From an uncultured delta proteobacterium (lineage in GTDB: Bacteria; Myxococcota_A; Polyangia; Fen-1088), in assembly GCA_963796685.1 (NCBI GenBank), contig CAWCMR010000025.1, forward strand, positions 1,088,001 to 1,152,000: 64,000 nt of DNA. The letters run 5' to 3'. Below the pieces are notes generated by a model that was not told where the DNA came from, made no database searches, and saw only the letters and a list, made by a program, of their open reading frames with translations. Shown piece after piece: positions 19,807 to 29,600 of the stretch; positions within the stretch are counted from its first letter, which is position 1, and each line of letters starts with the position of its first letter. The translations under genes were made by a program, and so were the position numbers.

Positions 19807-20991
19807 TCAACCCGGGAACCAGCGCTCTGGGTCGGTGAGAAGGAAGTCTTCCAGATCGATGCCGCCTCCACCCACGAGCAACCGGCGGACGGCGGGGTGA
19901 TGGCGCGCGAATAGGTCCAATCCGGGCAGGGCATCGCGCCTCCTGCCGCTCTTGACCTCGATGGCGACCAGGCTACGGCCCTTGCGCATCACGAAGTCCA
20001 CCTCACAGTTGGCCTCGCGCCACCAAGACACCTCGAAGCCCGAGGCCTGGGCACCACGCAAGAGGTGGGCGCCAACCGCCGTCTCGACCAAGCGGCCGCG
20101 CACCTCGGGTTCTTCGGCATCGTCCGGTCGCAGAGCCGTGATGAGGGCGTTGTCGAGAGCGAGCAACTTGGGGCTGGATCCGCGCCGACTTACCCGGCTG
20201 CCGGAGTAGCGGTCAAGTCCCGTCAGAAGTCCCGCGCCGCCGAGAAGCTCGAGGTAGTGGGCAAGCGTGACCACGTTACCGCGTTGTTGCATTTGGCCAA
20301 GCATCTTCTGATAGGTCAGAACCTGCCCCGAATAGAGACACCCCAGCTCGAAAAGGCGGCGCAAGAGTGCCGGCTTGTCCACGCGCACGAGATAGAGAAT
20401 GTCGCGCGAGACGGTCGTCTCGATGAGCGAGTCGCGAACGTAGGCCAAGAAGCGCGGGCGATCGTTGACCAGAGGTGCTGCGCCAGGATACCCGCCCCAT
20501 TGAACGAACTCGTCGAGCGTGAAGCCAAAGGCCTCGCGCATCTCTGAAAACGACCAGTGGGGCACGGGGATCATTTCGAAACGGCCCGCCAAGCTCTCGG
20601 TGATGCCGGACATCAAGAGGAGCTGCGACGATCCGAGTAAGACGGTGCGCAAGGGTCGCCGTCGACGCGTGTCCTCGTCCCACAGCTTCTTGACCAAGGC
20701 CGACCAATCGGGAATCTTCTGCACCTCATCGAGAAAAAGCACCGCGCCCTTTGGCGATCGACCGGCCAGCGTCCGCGCTTTTTCCCACTCGGTTTCAAGC
20801 CAAGACGAAGGGGACGCACCCACGGCATCCGCTGCGGCGTAGTGCGTGGGCATCGTCAGCCTCTCGCTCACCTGCAAGGCCAGCGTGGTCTTCCCTACCT
20901 GACGTGGCCCGGCCAGCACCTGCAAGAACCGTCGTTCCTGCTCGAGCCGCTCCCAAAGGACGGAGAACGGCTTTCGTTTGATTACATTCAT
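19807..20991 (-). CDS. AAA+ ATPase with DUF4143 and a C-terminal restriction-endonuclease-like motif
   Basis: GPRQVGKTT, FLDEVQ, ESLAGR, GGYP and EVDFV...IEVKSG motifs. Confidence 0.9.
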   Translation of the reverse strand: MNVIKRKPFSVLWERLEQERRFLQVLAGPRQVGKTTLALQVSERLTMPTHYAAADAVGASPSSWLETEWEKARTLAGRSPKGAVLFLDEVQKIPDWSALVKKLWDEDTRRRRPLRTVLLGSSQLLLMSGITESLAGRFEMIPVPHWSFSEMREAFGFTLDEFVQWGGYPGAAPLVNDRPRFLAYVRDSLIETTVSRDILYLVRVDKPALLRRLFELGCLYSGQVLTYQKMLGQMQQRGNVVTLAHYLELLGGAGLLTGLDRYSGSRVSRRGSSPKLLALDNALITALRPDDAEEPEVRGRLVETAVGAHLLRGAQASGFEVSWWREANCEVDFVMRKGRSLVAIEVKSGRRRDALPGLDLFARHHPAVRRLLVGGGGIDLEDFLLTDPERWFPG

Positions 20992-21032
20992 CCATAGATA
21001 ATTATCTCAGGTTATCTAGATAAACAACTAGG

Positions 21033-21272
21033 TTGTGCATGATGGACAAAATCCAAAACGCATTCCAGCCCGTGGGAGGTATCAACGCGGCGTCGACTGA
21101 GGCGGCCGTGGCACTTTATGAAGCAGGGCTGGTCTGCATGGTGCCGGTGTCGCACGCGCGCGTGGCGGAGTCGTGCAAGTTGCTCGAGAACATCCTCCGC
21201 TCGGTCAACATCGCGCTGGTGAACGTTCGCCGAGTTGCTGGACTGGCCAGCCCACAAGCAGATACCGCTTGA
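21033..21272 (+). pseudogene. Internal fragment of a nucleotide-sugar dehydrogenase (WbpA/WecC-like)
   Basis: VGGIN...VPVSHARVAESCKLLENILRSVNIALVN (KxxEN..R.VNIA..N motif); both ends missing. Confidence 0.8.
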
Positions 21273-21312
21273 TAGCACAGGACGCGAGCTTGCGAGGTAC
21301 TCGGAAGATTCA

Positions 21313-21390
21313 CCTCGCCCCGCGAAGCGGGGAGAGGTCGCCGCGCGAAGCGGGGAGAGGTCGCCGCGCGAAGCGCGTCGGGTGAGGGGT
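21313..21390. repeat. GC-rich palindromic REP/BoxC-like element
   Basis: CCTCGCCCCGCGAAGCGGGGAGAGG...GGGTGAGGGG; related copies near 21556, 22344, 25238, 25592, 37702, 39001, 39146 and 39307. Confidence 0.75.
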
Positions 21391-21582
21391 TCGGCCATGC
21401 GAGAGAGTGCGCTGGCCCCTTGTATCTTACGGGGGACTGGCTCGCTCTCGCTCGCAGTCCCCCGGTCCCCCCTCGCTTCGCCCAGCAAAGCTGGGCTACG
21501 CTCGCCCCCAAAGGCGAAGGAGCACGACGAGATTCAACGGCACGACAGACCGATGCCCCTCACCCTAGCCCGGGCGTCGGGC

Positions 21583-22332
21583 TCACCGGTTGGTCAGGGC
21601 GTAGAACAAGATGCCGTAGATCTCGCGCAGGGTGCTTTCGGTCTCTTTCAAGGCTTCGGCCCTGGGCAAGAAATCGAGCAAGGTCAGGCGACCTTTCGGG
21701 GTGTCCTGAAAGTCGACGGGAAAGGGGACGAAGTCGACGCCGGCCTTGCGAAACAGGCGTGCCGCGCGCGGCATGTGCCAGCCCGACGTCACCAGGATGA
21801 TCTTGTGCCAGCCCCGCTCGCGCATGAGGCTGGCGATGGCGTGGGCCTCGTCGAGGGTGTTGCCCACTTCGCCCGTGACCAGGATCCGCTCGGCGGGGAT
21901 CCCGCGCGCGATGGCGACGCGTTTCGAAATCACACCCTCGAGCTCGGCCTGGCGGTCCCAGGGAAGGCGTCCGCCCGTGAACACGAGCCACGGGGCCTTC
22001 TTCTTCTGCCAAAGCTCGATGCCCGCCTCCAGCCGCTCGCTGGCTTCGCCCACATTGGGCAGATACCCATCGCGCGTGGGCGGCCCGAAGATCCCACCCA
22101 GGGGCACGATGGCGTCTGCGGTTTCCACCTGGTCGATGGGCACCGCCGGGTAGCGCGTCTCAAGCCAGTGGGTCAGCCGCTGTCCGACGATCGGCATGCT
22201 GCTGAGGTACAAGATGGCCAGCGCGGCGACAATCGGCCTGCGTTTCTTGCGCCAAAGCCCGACCACGAGCAGCAGCACGACCAAGCCGAGCGGCAGAACG
22301 AAGATGGGCAGGAGCTTGTTCAGGAACAGCAT
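21583..22332 (-). CDS. YdcF/ElyC/SanA (DUF218) protein
   Basis: AIVPLGG, RLEAG, NTLDEA and LVTSGWHMPRA motifs. Confidence 0.9.
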   Translation of the reverse strand: MLFLNKLLPIFVLPLGLVVLLLVVGLWRKKRRPIVAALAILYLSSMPIVGQRLTHWLETRYPAVPIDQVETADAIVPLGGIFGPPTRDGYLPNVGEASERLEAGIELWQKKKAPWLVFTGGRLPWDRQAELEGVISKRVAIARGIPAERILVTGEVGNTLDEAHAIASLMRERGWHKIILVTSGWHMPRAARLFRKAGVDFVPFPVDFQDTPKGRLTLLDFLPRAEALKETESTLREIYGILFYALTNR

Positions 22333-22477
22333 GGGCTCCCGATCCCCTCGCCCCGCGAAGCGGGGAGAGGGCTAGCGTGAGGGGCGATCGCAAGCTCTCG
22401 ATTTCGGTTCTGCACTGGGTTCAAAGATTAGCATGGGCGCCGGGCGCGCCCTCGCCCGCTGCGCGGGGCGAGGCGAG

Positions 22478-23491
22478 TTAGAGGGCTACGGGGGCGCCGT
22501 TGCTTTCCAGGGATTTTTGCGCGGCTTCCAGCACGCGCACCACGCGCAGGGCGGAATGCCCGTCGGTGAGGGGGCGCTTGCCCTGGGTGATGCAGTCGAC
22601 GAAGTGACGGCACTCGCGCTCGAGGGGCTCGACCATCGGGATCTGCGGTATGTGAATGTCGCCGTTGCGGATGGAAAGGAACTGCGCGTACTCGGTGAAC
22701 GCGGGCGGGCGATCGACGCCCTTGTCGTAGATGCGGATCTTCTCTACCGGATGAACGTCGTCGAACTCGACCATCTTTTGCGATCCCACGATGGTCAGGC
22801 GACGCTCTTTGCGCGGATCGAGCCACGAGACTTGGATCTGCGCGCTGACCCCGCTGCGGAAGCGCAGGTTGACGAACACCACGTCCTCGATGCGGCTTTG
22901 CAGATAGGTTCCGCCGCGCGCGCTGACCGATTCGGGTTCGTCCGAGAGCAGGTACTCGATCATCGAGACATCGTGCGGGGCCAGGCTCCACAGGGCGTTT
23001 TCATCCTGGCGCACGCGACCCAGGTTCACGCGCAGCGCATAGATGTAGTAGACGCGGCCAAGCTCGCCCTTGTCGATCATGGCCTTCAGCCTCTCCACCG
23101 CGGGATGGAACAACATCAGGTGACCCACCATCAAGATGCGCTTGTGGGTTTCGGCGGCCGAGACCACGGCGTGGGCGTCCGCGGCGTCGAGGGCGAGCGG
23201 CTTTTCCACCAAGACGTGCTTGCCGGCATTGAGCACCATGCGCGCTTGCTCGGCGTGATCCCTGGCCGGCGTGGCCAGCACCACCGCGTCGACGTCGGTG
23301 GCGGCCAGCGCGGACGCCAGGTCATCCTGCAGACGCGCGCCGGGGGCGATGGCATGGGCGCGGTCGAGGGCGGACTCGGCGCCGTCGCACACCATGACCA
23401 GCTCGGCGCCCTTGGTGCGGCTCATGGCGCGCACGTGGTTGATACCCCAGGCGCCTGCTCCGACGACGGCGATGCGTACCGTATCAACCAT
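22478..23491 (-). CDS. Gfo/Idh/MocA oxidoreductase (WbpB-like)
   Basis: VVGAGAWG, HVLVEKP and WSLAPHD motifs; in an operon with the aminotransferase and acetyltransferase. Confidence 0.88.
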   Translation of the reverse strand: MVDTVRIAVVGAGAWGINHVRAMSRTKGAELVMVCDGAESALDRAHAIAPGARLQDDLASALAATDVDAVVLATPARDHAEQARMVLNAGKHVLVEKPLALDAADAHAVVSAAETHKRILMVGHLMLFHPAVERLKAMIDKGELGRVYYIYALRVNLGRVRQDENALWSLAPHDVSMIEYLLSDEPESVSARGGTYLQSRIEDVVFVNLRFRSGVSAQIQVSWLDPRKERRLTIVGSQKMVEFDDVHPVEKIRIYDKGVDRPPAFTEYAQFLSIRNGDIHIPQIPMVEPLERECRHFVDCITQGKRPLTDGHSALRVVRVLEAAQKSLESNGAPVAL

Positions 23492-23492
23492 G

Positions 23493-24572
23493 TCAGCTCC
23501 TTGGGCGGTAGAAGGTGGCGATCTGTTCGACGACGAAGGCTTGCTGCGCCTCCGTCAGCTCGGCGTAGATGGGCAGGGCCAGCGTCTCTCGGGTGGCCCG
23601 TTCGGCGTGGGGAAAGGCGCCTGGCGCGAGGCCTAGATCGGCGAAGCAAGGCTGAAGGTGCAGCGCCAGCGGGTAGTAGATCTCGGTGCCCACGCCGTTC
23701 CGGGTGAGGTGCTCGCGCAAGGCATCCCGGCGTGGGGCCCGAATCACGAACTGGTTGTAGATGTGGCCCGGGGCATCCGAGGGCAACATCAATTCGGCCG
23801 GCAGGCCGGGCGTGGCCGCGAACAGGCTTCGGTAGCGCTCGGCGTTCCTGCGCCGGCCAGCCGTCCAGTCGGCGAGCCTGGCCAGCTTCACGCGCAAAAC
23901 AGCGGCCTGCAAGGCATCAAGGCGGAAGTTGCCGCCGACCTCGTGGTGAACGTATTTCGGCTTGCTGCCGTGGGCGCGCAGGATCGCGACCTTGTCGGCG
24001 AACCCGTCGTCGTCGGTCACCAGGGCGCCGCCGTCGCCGAAGGCGCCAAGGTTCTTCGAAGGAAAGAACGACAGGCAACCGGCGATCCCCGCCACCTTGC
24101 ACGCGCCGATGGCCTGCGCGGCGTCCTCGACGATGGGAACCGAAACCTTGGGCAGAACTGCCGGCCGGCCGAAGAGATGGACCGGGATCAGGGCGCGCGT
24201 CTTCGGCCCGCACGCGGCCGCGGCCGCCGCCTCGTCGAGATTGAAGGTTTGCGGGTCGATGTCCGCGAAGACGGGCCGCGCCCCCAGGCGCGCGATGCAA
24301 CCCACGGTGGCGAAGAACGAATACGGCGTGGTCACCACCTCGTCGCCAGCGCGCACCTCCAGCGCCGTCAGCGCCACCAGCAGGGCATCGGTCCCCGACG
24401 ACAGCCCGACCGCGCGGCGGGTGCCGAGCGCGGTGGCCAGCTCTTTCTCGAAGGCCTCGACCTCGGGGCCCAGGATGAAGGCGCCGCCGTCCACCACGCG
24501 GGCGATGGCGGCCATGAGCGCCTCGCACAGTGGGGCGTTCTGCGCCTTGACGTCGAGCAAGGGCACCTTCAC
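23493..24572 (-). CDS. DegT/DnrJ/EryC1/StrS aminotransferase (WbpE-like)
   Basis: GTG start 24572; SGTDAL, EDAAQAIG and SFFPSKNLGAFGDGG motifs. Confidence 0.92.
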   Translation of the reverse strand: MKVPLLDVKAQNAPLCEALMAAIARVVDGGAFILGPEVEAFEKELATALGTRRAVGLSSGTDALLVALTALEVRAGDEVVTTPYSFFATVGCIARLGARPVFADIDPQTFNLDEAAAAAACGPKTRALIPVHLFGRPAVLPKVSVPIVEDAAQAIGACKVAGIAGCLSFFPSKNLGAFGDGGALVTDDDGFADKVAILRAHGSKPKYVHHEVGGNFRLDALQAAVLRVKLARLADWTAGRRRNAERYRSLFAATPGLPAELMLPSDAPGHIYNQFVIRAPRRDALREHLTRNGVGTEIYYPLALHLQPCFADLGLAPGAFPHAERATRETLALPIYAELTEAQQAFVVEQIATFYRPRS

Positions 24573-25189
24573 GGGGTGACCTCGGGGATCACAGCTTCGG
24601 CGTCGCCCGCGTCTCGACCAAGCACGTACCTTTGGCCGCACGAGGCACAGGCCAGCGAGGGTCCCTTGGGCAAGCGGATCCCGCACCGGCACATCCAGCC
24701 AGCCACGCTCCCTGGCACGCCCAGCACCAGCGCGTAGGCCGGAACGTCCTTGGTCACCACGGCGCCGGCGCCGACAAAGGCGTACTCGCCAATCGTGTGC
24801 CCGCACACCACGGTGGCATTGGCCCCGATGGAAGCGCCACGCCCCACCACGGTCTTGCGGTATTCATGCTTGCGCTCGATGAAGGCGCGCGGATTGTTCA
24901 CGTTGGTGAACACGGCCGAGGGCGCGACGAAGACCTCGGCCTCGAGCACCACGTCGTCGTAGAGCGAGACGTTGTTCTGGATCTTGCAGCCATCGCCCAG
25001 CACGGCCCGGCTGGCCACGAAGACGTTTTGGCCAAGCACGCAACGGGCGCCGATGCGCGCCCCGGCCATCACATGGCAGAAGTGCCAGATGCGCGTGCCG
25101 TCGCCGATGTGAGCCGGCTGATCGACGACCGCCGTTTCGTGGGCCCAGTAGCCGGCGCCTGCCTGCTGGTTCGATGTTGGATCGGCCAT
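24569..25189 (-). CDS. Hexapeptide-repeat N-acetyltransferase (WbpD-like)
   Basis: IGDGTRIWHFCHV, KIQNNVSLY, FTNVNNPR and GWMCRCG motifs. Confidence 0.92.
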   Translation of the reverse strand: MADPTSNQQAGAGYWAHETAVVDQPAHIGDGTRIWHFCHVMAGARIGARCVLGQNVFVASRAVLGDGCKIQNNVSLYDDVVLEAEVFVAPSAVFTNVNNPRAFIERKHEYRKTVVGRGASIGANATVVCGHTIGEYAFVGAGAVVTKDVPAYALVLGVPGSVAGWMCRCGIRLPKGPSLACASCGQRYVLGRDAGDAEAVIPEVTP

Positions 25190-25237
25190 CCAGGGCCATA
25201 GTACACCAGGGCCGTTCTCCTCGCGCGAGCGAGAGAG

Positions 25238-25645
25238 CCCCTCACCCTAGCCCTCTCCCCGCTTCGCGGGGCGAGGGGACCGGAGGGGAGAACGCGCGCG
25301 CCCAGGGGCGGCGGGACCGGAGGGGAGAACGCGCGCGCCCAGGGGCGACGGGACCGGAGGGGAGAACGCGCGCGCCCAGGGGCGGCGGGACCGGAGGGGA
25401 GAACGCGCGCGCCCAGGGGCGACGGGACCGGAGGGGAGAACGCGCGCGCCCAGGGGCGACGGGACCGGAGGGGAGAACGCGCGCGCCCAGGGGCGAGGGG
25501 ACCGGAGGGGAGAACGCGCGCGCCCAGGAGCGAGGGGACCGGAGGGGAGAATGCGCGCCGGGGGGGCGGGGAAGACGGGAGGCAGACACCTGGTCCCCTC
25601 GCCCCGCGAAGCGAAGCGCAGCGGGGAGAGGGACAGGGTGAGGGG
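25238..25645. repeat. Composite repeat: about 7.7 tandem 37-bp units between inverted REP/BoxC-like palindromes
   Basis: Unit GGGACCGGAGGGGAGAACGCGCGCGCCCAGGGGCGRS starts at 25276, 25313, 25350, 25387, 25424, 25461, 25498 and 25535 (partial). Confidence 0.92.
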
Positions 25646-25651
25646 GCCGCG

Positions 25652-26938
25652 CTAGTACATCACGCCGAGGCGGAAGAGCAGGACGTGCTTGGTGTAGTCG
25701 AGGCCGAGATCGGGGGGGACGGTCTTTGCGGTCTTCGTGGTGCGGTTGAGATTCAGCGAGTAGCTGGCGCCCATGAGAAGGAACTTGCCGATGACGTAGT
25801 CCAGGGCCACCCCACCCATGACATAGTTGTCAATTCTCCCGGTCCCGAAGCGGCGATTCTCGAACCGACCGAAGAGATAGGTCACGACCCTACTGGCGAC
25901 CATCTGCTGAAAGCTGCCGTAGACGGCGTCCATGTTGTAGTACCCGCCGAGGAACGGCGAATTGACGAAGTCGTGGTGGTAGCCAAGCCCGGCGCGCGAG
26001 AGCATGGACACGGAGTAGTTGACCTCGGTGAGGACACCAAGGTTGCCAAGACCAGTGGGATTGCCGCCCGACGAGTAGAAGGCGTTTTGGTAGCCACCCG
26101 CGATGTTCACGGACAGCTTCTCGGTCAGAAGACCGCGGAGTCCGAGGAGGGTACGGAGCGGATAGGAGGCGCTGTTACCGGAGCCGGAGTTGAGATAGGT
26201 GATCGCCCCTTGCGCCACCTGGGCATAGATCGAGGTTCGCGGCAGCCAGCGCCAGCCGATGTCGAGCACCCCTTCGTTCCCCATGTTGCTGCCGTTGCTG
26301 TAGGTGCTGCCTTCGTATTTGTCGATGAGGTTCGAGTAGCGGAGCATGACGTTCAGACGGCCGCCCCCAGGAGCGAAGTGCAGGCTGGCCGAGGCCATGT
26401 TGTCGTCGCGGATGATGGGATTGGCACCAGCCGCATAGGGCGCTTGTTGGTAGCGGCTGAAGGTCTCGGAAAGCGTGAAGCTGAGCGCCTGGCCCGAAGA
26501 GAACTCGGCCGTTCCGCCGAGGCTGGGATTGGTTGCGCTTTGGTTGTACACATCGTTGTTGCTGCTGAGGTAGCGCAGAAAATCGACTGACCCGACGAGA
26601 TCGTAATAGGTGCCAGAGGGGATGCTGCCGTCGCGCTCGGCGTTGGTGATCTCCAGCCTGGGCGTCACGTGCAGAACCGCCGAGGTGTCCTGCCCCGACG
26701 AGCCGTAGAACACGTTCGAATCGTAGCCGATGTCGGCCAACACCGCCGCGTGCAGAATCGCCTCCTCGCCCAGCTTGAGGCCCGAGGGCAATCCCTTGGT
26801 CACGAGCTGGCGGCCCGCGCCCGTGGACATGGACTCCAGCGCCGGTCCCTGCGAGCTCGTCAGCGCCGCCTGCGCCCACGCCATGGGGCTTGCCGCGAAG
26901 GCAATGCAGAAGGCAAGTACAAGTGGCCGTAGTCTCAT
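25652..26938 (-). CDS. Outer-membrane beta-barrel, resembling polysaccharide-export barrels
   Basis: Signal peptide; GYDSNVF N-terminal motif; alternating beta-strand pattern; C-terminal FRLGVMY. Confidence 0.72.
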   Translation of the reverse strand: MRLRPLVLAFCIAFAASPMAWAQAALTSSQGPALESMSTGAGRQLVTKGLPSGLKLGEEAILHAAVLADIGYDSNVFYGSSGQDTSAVLHVTPRLEITNAERDGSIPSGTYYDLVGSVDFLRYLSSNNDVYNQSATNPSLGGTAEFSSGQALSFTLSETFSRYQQAPYAAGANPIIRDDNMASASLHFAPGGGRLNVMLRYSNLIDKYEGSTYSNGSNMGNEGVLDIGWRWLPRTSIYAQVAQGAITYLNSGSGNSASYPLRTLLGLRGLLTEKLSVNIAGGYQNAFYSSGGNPTGLGNLGVLTEVNYSVSMLSRAGLGYHHDFVNSPFLGGYYNMDAVYGSFQQMVASRVVTYLFGRFENRRFGTGRIDNYVMGGVALDYVIGKFLLMGASYSLNLNRTTKTAKTVPPDLGLDYTKHVLLFRLGVMY

Positions 26939-27003
26939 GGAGTTCCGATTAGGTATGGCTGGTTCCGCGCGTCCTTGTCAGATTGAATGACCCTGGGGTT
27001 GGT

Positions 27004-27612
27004 TTATTGAAACGGGCTCGCCACGGGTGGTCTCTCGACGACCGTGACCGGGGGCGCGGGCGGGGCCGGCTGATCGACGGTGGCGTTCAGGCCTTCCGGC
27101 GCCTCGACGACCACCTTGGTCGGCCCCACGTAATTGGTCTCGGCCCCGACACAGGCGTCGGCCTCGGTGCGCAGAACCTGGACCTTCTGGTTGATGATGG
27201 TGACCCGCGTGTACTCGTGCAGCTCGGTGCCCTCGTCCCGGCGCGCCACGCTTTCCTGCAAGGCCTGCAACGTCTGGTCCATCATGTTGCCGTTGACCTT
27301 CACCTGGGTCAGCTTGTCGAGCAGGCAGTTCAGGCGAATCACGTCCTTGTCCGCCTTGGCTTGGTCGACCTGGGCCTGAATCTGCATGGTGGTGGAGCCG
27401 ATCTGCGTGCGGTACTCGCGCCCCTGGCTCAGCATCTCATCGCCGCTGATCGTCGCGTGTTGGGTGCTCGGCGGGGCAAGCAGCGCCGGTGCCGGCGCCG
27501 CTACCGGTGCCGGCGCTGGGGCCGGACCTGGTGCTTCCCCGCCCGCGGTTTGGGCCAGCGCCACCGGCGCGACCAGCAGGAACAACCACATGACTCTGAA
27601 CGCCCTAAACAT
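27004..27612 (-). CDS. Exported helical protein of unknown function
   Basis: Signal peptide, PA-rich linker, KDVIRLNCL...EADACVG. Confidence 0.8.
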   Translation of the reverse strand: MFRAFRVMWLFLLVAPVALAQTAGGEAPGPAPAPAPVAAPAPALLAPPSTQHATISGDEMLSQGREYRTQIGSTTMQIQAQVDQAKADKDVIRLNCLLDKLTQVKVNGNMMDQTLQALQESVARRDEGTELHEYTRVTIINQKVQVLRTEADACVGAETNYVGPTKVVVEAPEGLNATVDQPAPPAPPVTVVERPPVASPFQ

Positions 27613-27685
27613 GATGCACCTCGCAACTATGGTAGACGCGCACCGTTAATGACGCGCTATGCACTACGCCGTGAAAAACTGGTGA

Positions 27686-27715
27686 AATATATGGCTCGGA
27701 TAAACGACGTGTCAA
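27686..27715 (-). promoter_or_regulatory. Putative sigma70 promoter for 27004-27612
   Basis: Minus strand TTGACA-18 nt-TATATT. Confidence 0.5.
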
Positions 27716-27729
27716 CCTGACCTCCGCAA

Positions 27730-29133
27730 TTACTGTGATGCCTGGAATAGGAATGGGTAGACGACATCGACCGATCCGCCAGACGGTGCCGGGAAGCGCC
27801 AACGGCTGACCAGTCCCTTGATGCATGAGGCCACTTCGTTGTCGCCCATGCTGTCCTCTTCGATTTCGACCGCCGAAACCGTTCCGGCCGCGGTAATCGT
27901 CCAACGCACCTTGACCTTGCCGCTGAGGTTGGGATTGCGCTTCAGGGCGCGCTCGTAGCAGGCCTTGATGGCGCCGATTCTCGTCCGCACCTCTTTCGAA
28001 ACCAGGGACGGATCGAGCTCCCCGTCCACGGCCGGGGCCTCGCTCTTGACGATGCCGGTGATGCGCTTTTCCGTCAGGCCGGCGCCGGTGTTGCCGCCCG
28101 CGATGGCTCCTGCGCCGCGCAGGCCCGAGATGTTGGCGACCTTGCCCGAGCCACCGGTTCCCGTCTTCACGCCGCGCAGAGCCGCGTCGCCGGTGGCCAC
28201 GGTCAGACCGCCCACGCCTTGAAACGCCTTCTCCTGATCCCGATCCACGTCGCCCTTGCCCAGCACGTCCGCGATGGAGCCGGAGCCGTCCGCCTTGGCG
28301 CCAAGAAGCTTGAGGATGCCGGTGTTGCGAACCTGCTCGGCCAGCCGGGCCCGGCGCTCGGCATCGAGCCGCGCCTTCTCCTCGGGCGAGATCTCTTTCT
28401 TGGGCGCCTTGTTCGCCGAGCTGTTCGACGCGACCTTCTTCTCGGGCTTCTTCTCGTCGGCCTTGTTGTCGTCCTTGTTCGCGGTCTCCTTGGGCGGCTC
28501 GGGCGGCTTGGCCTTGACGATCATCTGCACGAAGCGGTCGGGGATCTCTTCGAGGTCCGGCTTGCGCGGCCAATCCACGCTGCGCAGGTAGATGACGAAA
28601 ATCAGGTGGGCCAGAAAGGATCCCGACGCGATGGCCGTGTACACCCAGTCCATGCCGGTGAAGAACGATCCGCGCACCGAGGCAGGAAGCTGGGGCCGCG
28701 GTTGCGGCGGAGGCGGCGTGACGAACTGGAAAAGGATGCTCAGATCCCCGATGGTGACCTTGCCGCGGGAGCGCTCGTCGAGCAGGTAGCGCGAGCTTGG
28801 TCCTTGCTTGCGCAGGCGCCCGGCGTGCTTGAGCTGGGCCAGGGAAACGACCTCGTTGCCCACCGCGATGCGCGCATCCATGGCGTCGGCGAAGTGCGCG
28901 ATGTAGCCGCGCGGATTGGCCTCGAACAGCAGCCATTGCTTGGGCAAGGTCTCGGAGGGAACGGTGAAGGTGGCTTTGGACGACCAGCCTATGCTGATGT
29001 TCTCGCGCTTGCGGATCAGACGTTCCTCGACGATGCGGCCACCCTGGACGATACCGATGCGTAGAATGCGGGAAGACTTCGGGGCGGTAGGTCCGACCTT
29101 CTTCGGGGGTAAAGCCGCTTTCTGGGTAGCCAT
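27730..29133 (-). CDS. GltG/PglI-like protein (FHA-like N-terminus, TM helix, TonB-like AgmX/PglI C-terminal domain)
   Basis: ATG 29133; C-terminus IKACYERALKRNPNLSGKV...WRFPAPSGGSVDVVYPFLF. Confidence 0.85.
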   Translation of the reverse strand: MATQKAALPPKKVGPTAPKSSRILRIGIVQGGRIVEERLIRKRENISIGWSSKATFTVPSETLPKQWLLFEANPRGYIAHFADAMDARIAVGNEVVSLAQLKHAGRLRKQGPSSRYLLDERSRGKVTIGDLSILFQFVTPPPPQPRPQLPASVRGSFFTGMDWVYTAIASGSFLAHLIFVIYLRSVDWPRKPDLEEIPDRFVQMIVKAKPPEPPKETANKDDNKADEKKPEKKVASNSSANKAPKKEISPEEKARLDAERRARLAEQVRNTGILKLLGAKADGSGSIADVLGKGDVDRDQEKAFQGVGGLTVATGDAALRGVKTGTGGSGKVANISGLRGAGAIAGGNTGAGLTEKRITGIVKSEAPAVDGELDPSLVSKEVRTRIGAIKACYERALKRNPNLSGKVKVRWTITAAGTVSAVEIEEDSMGDNEVASCIKGLVSRWRFPAPSGGSVDVVYPFLFQASQ

Positions 29134-29159
29134 GGAATCGTTCCCTTTGGTTAGTCCGC

Positions 29160-29600
29160 TTAGAACGGCGCTTTCGTCACGCTGTCCAAGATCTTGGGCA
29201 CGAACTCCTGCTTCAGCTCGTGCCAGTCGTAGTTGATGCTGGATTTCTGAAGCACGTAGAATGCTTCGGGTTTCTGGATTTTGCCCTCGATCACGATCTC
29301 GCCCTCGATCTTGTAGATTTTCCTTCCGCCGGCGCCGCGTTCGACCTTGACCTTGGCCGGCTCGGCGTCGGCGGCCTCTTTCGCGGCCGGTGCCGACTCG
29401 GCCTTGGTGGGCTCGGCCTTGACCGGAATCTCCTCGGCCTTGACCGGGATTTCCGCGGCCTTGACCGGAGCTTCTGCGGAGGCCTTCTTCTTCCCTTGGG
29501 CGTGAGCAACGGGCAAGAAGAACAGTGAGACGAGCAAAGAGATGAGCAGGCCCGTGGTGACGGGCAGGAATCGGTGCTTGTGCGAAGAATGGATCGTCAT
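29160..29600 (-). CDS. GltF/CglF-like small exported protein
   Basis: Signal peptide, PVKA repeats, IEGKIQKPE...FVPKILDSV. Confidence 0.7.
   Translation of the reverse strand: MTIHSSHKHRFLPVTTGLLISLLVSLFFLPVAHAQGKKKASAEAPVKAAEIPVKAEEIPVKAEPTKAESAPAAKEAADAEPAKVKVERGAGGRKIYKIEGEIVIEGKIQKPEAFYVLQKSSINYDWHELKQEFVPKILDSVTKAPF

Noticed and set aside
25276-25560. 37-bp repeats as a CRISPR array
   Set aside because: Units are contiguous with no unique spacers, and no cas genes are present
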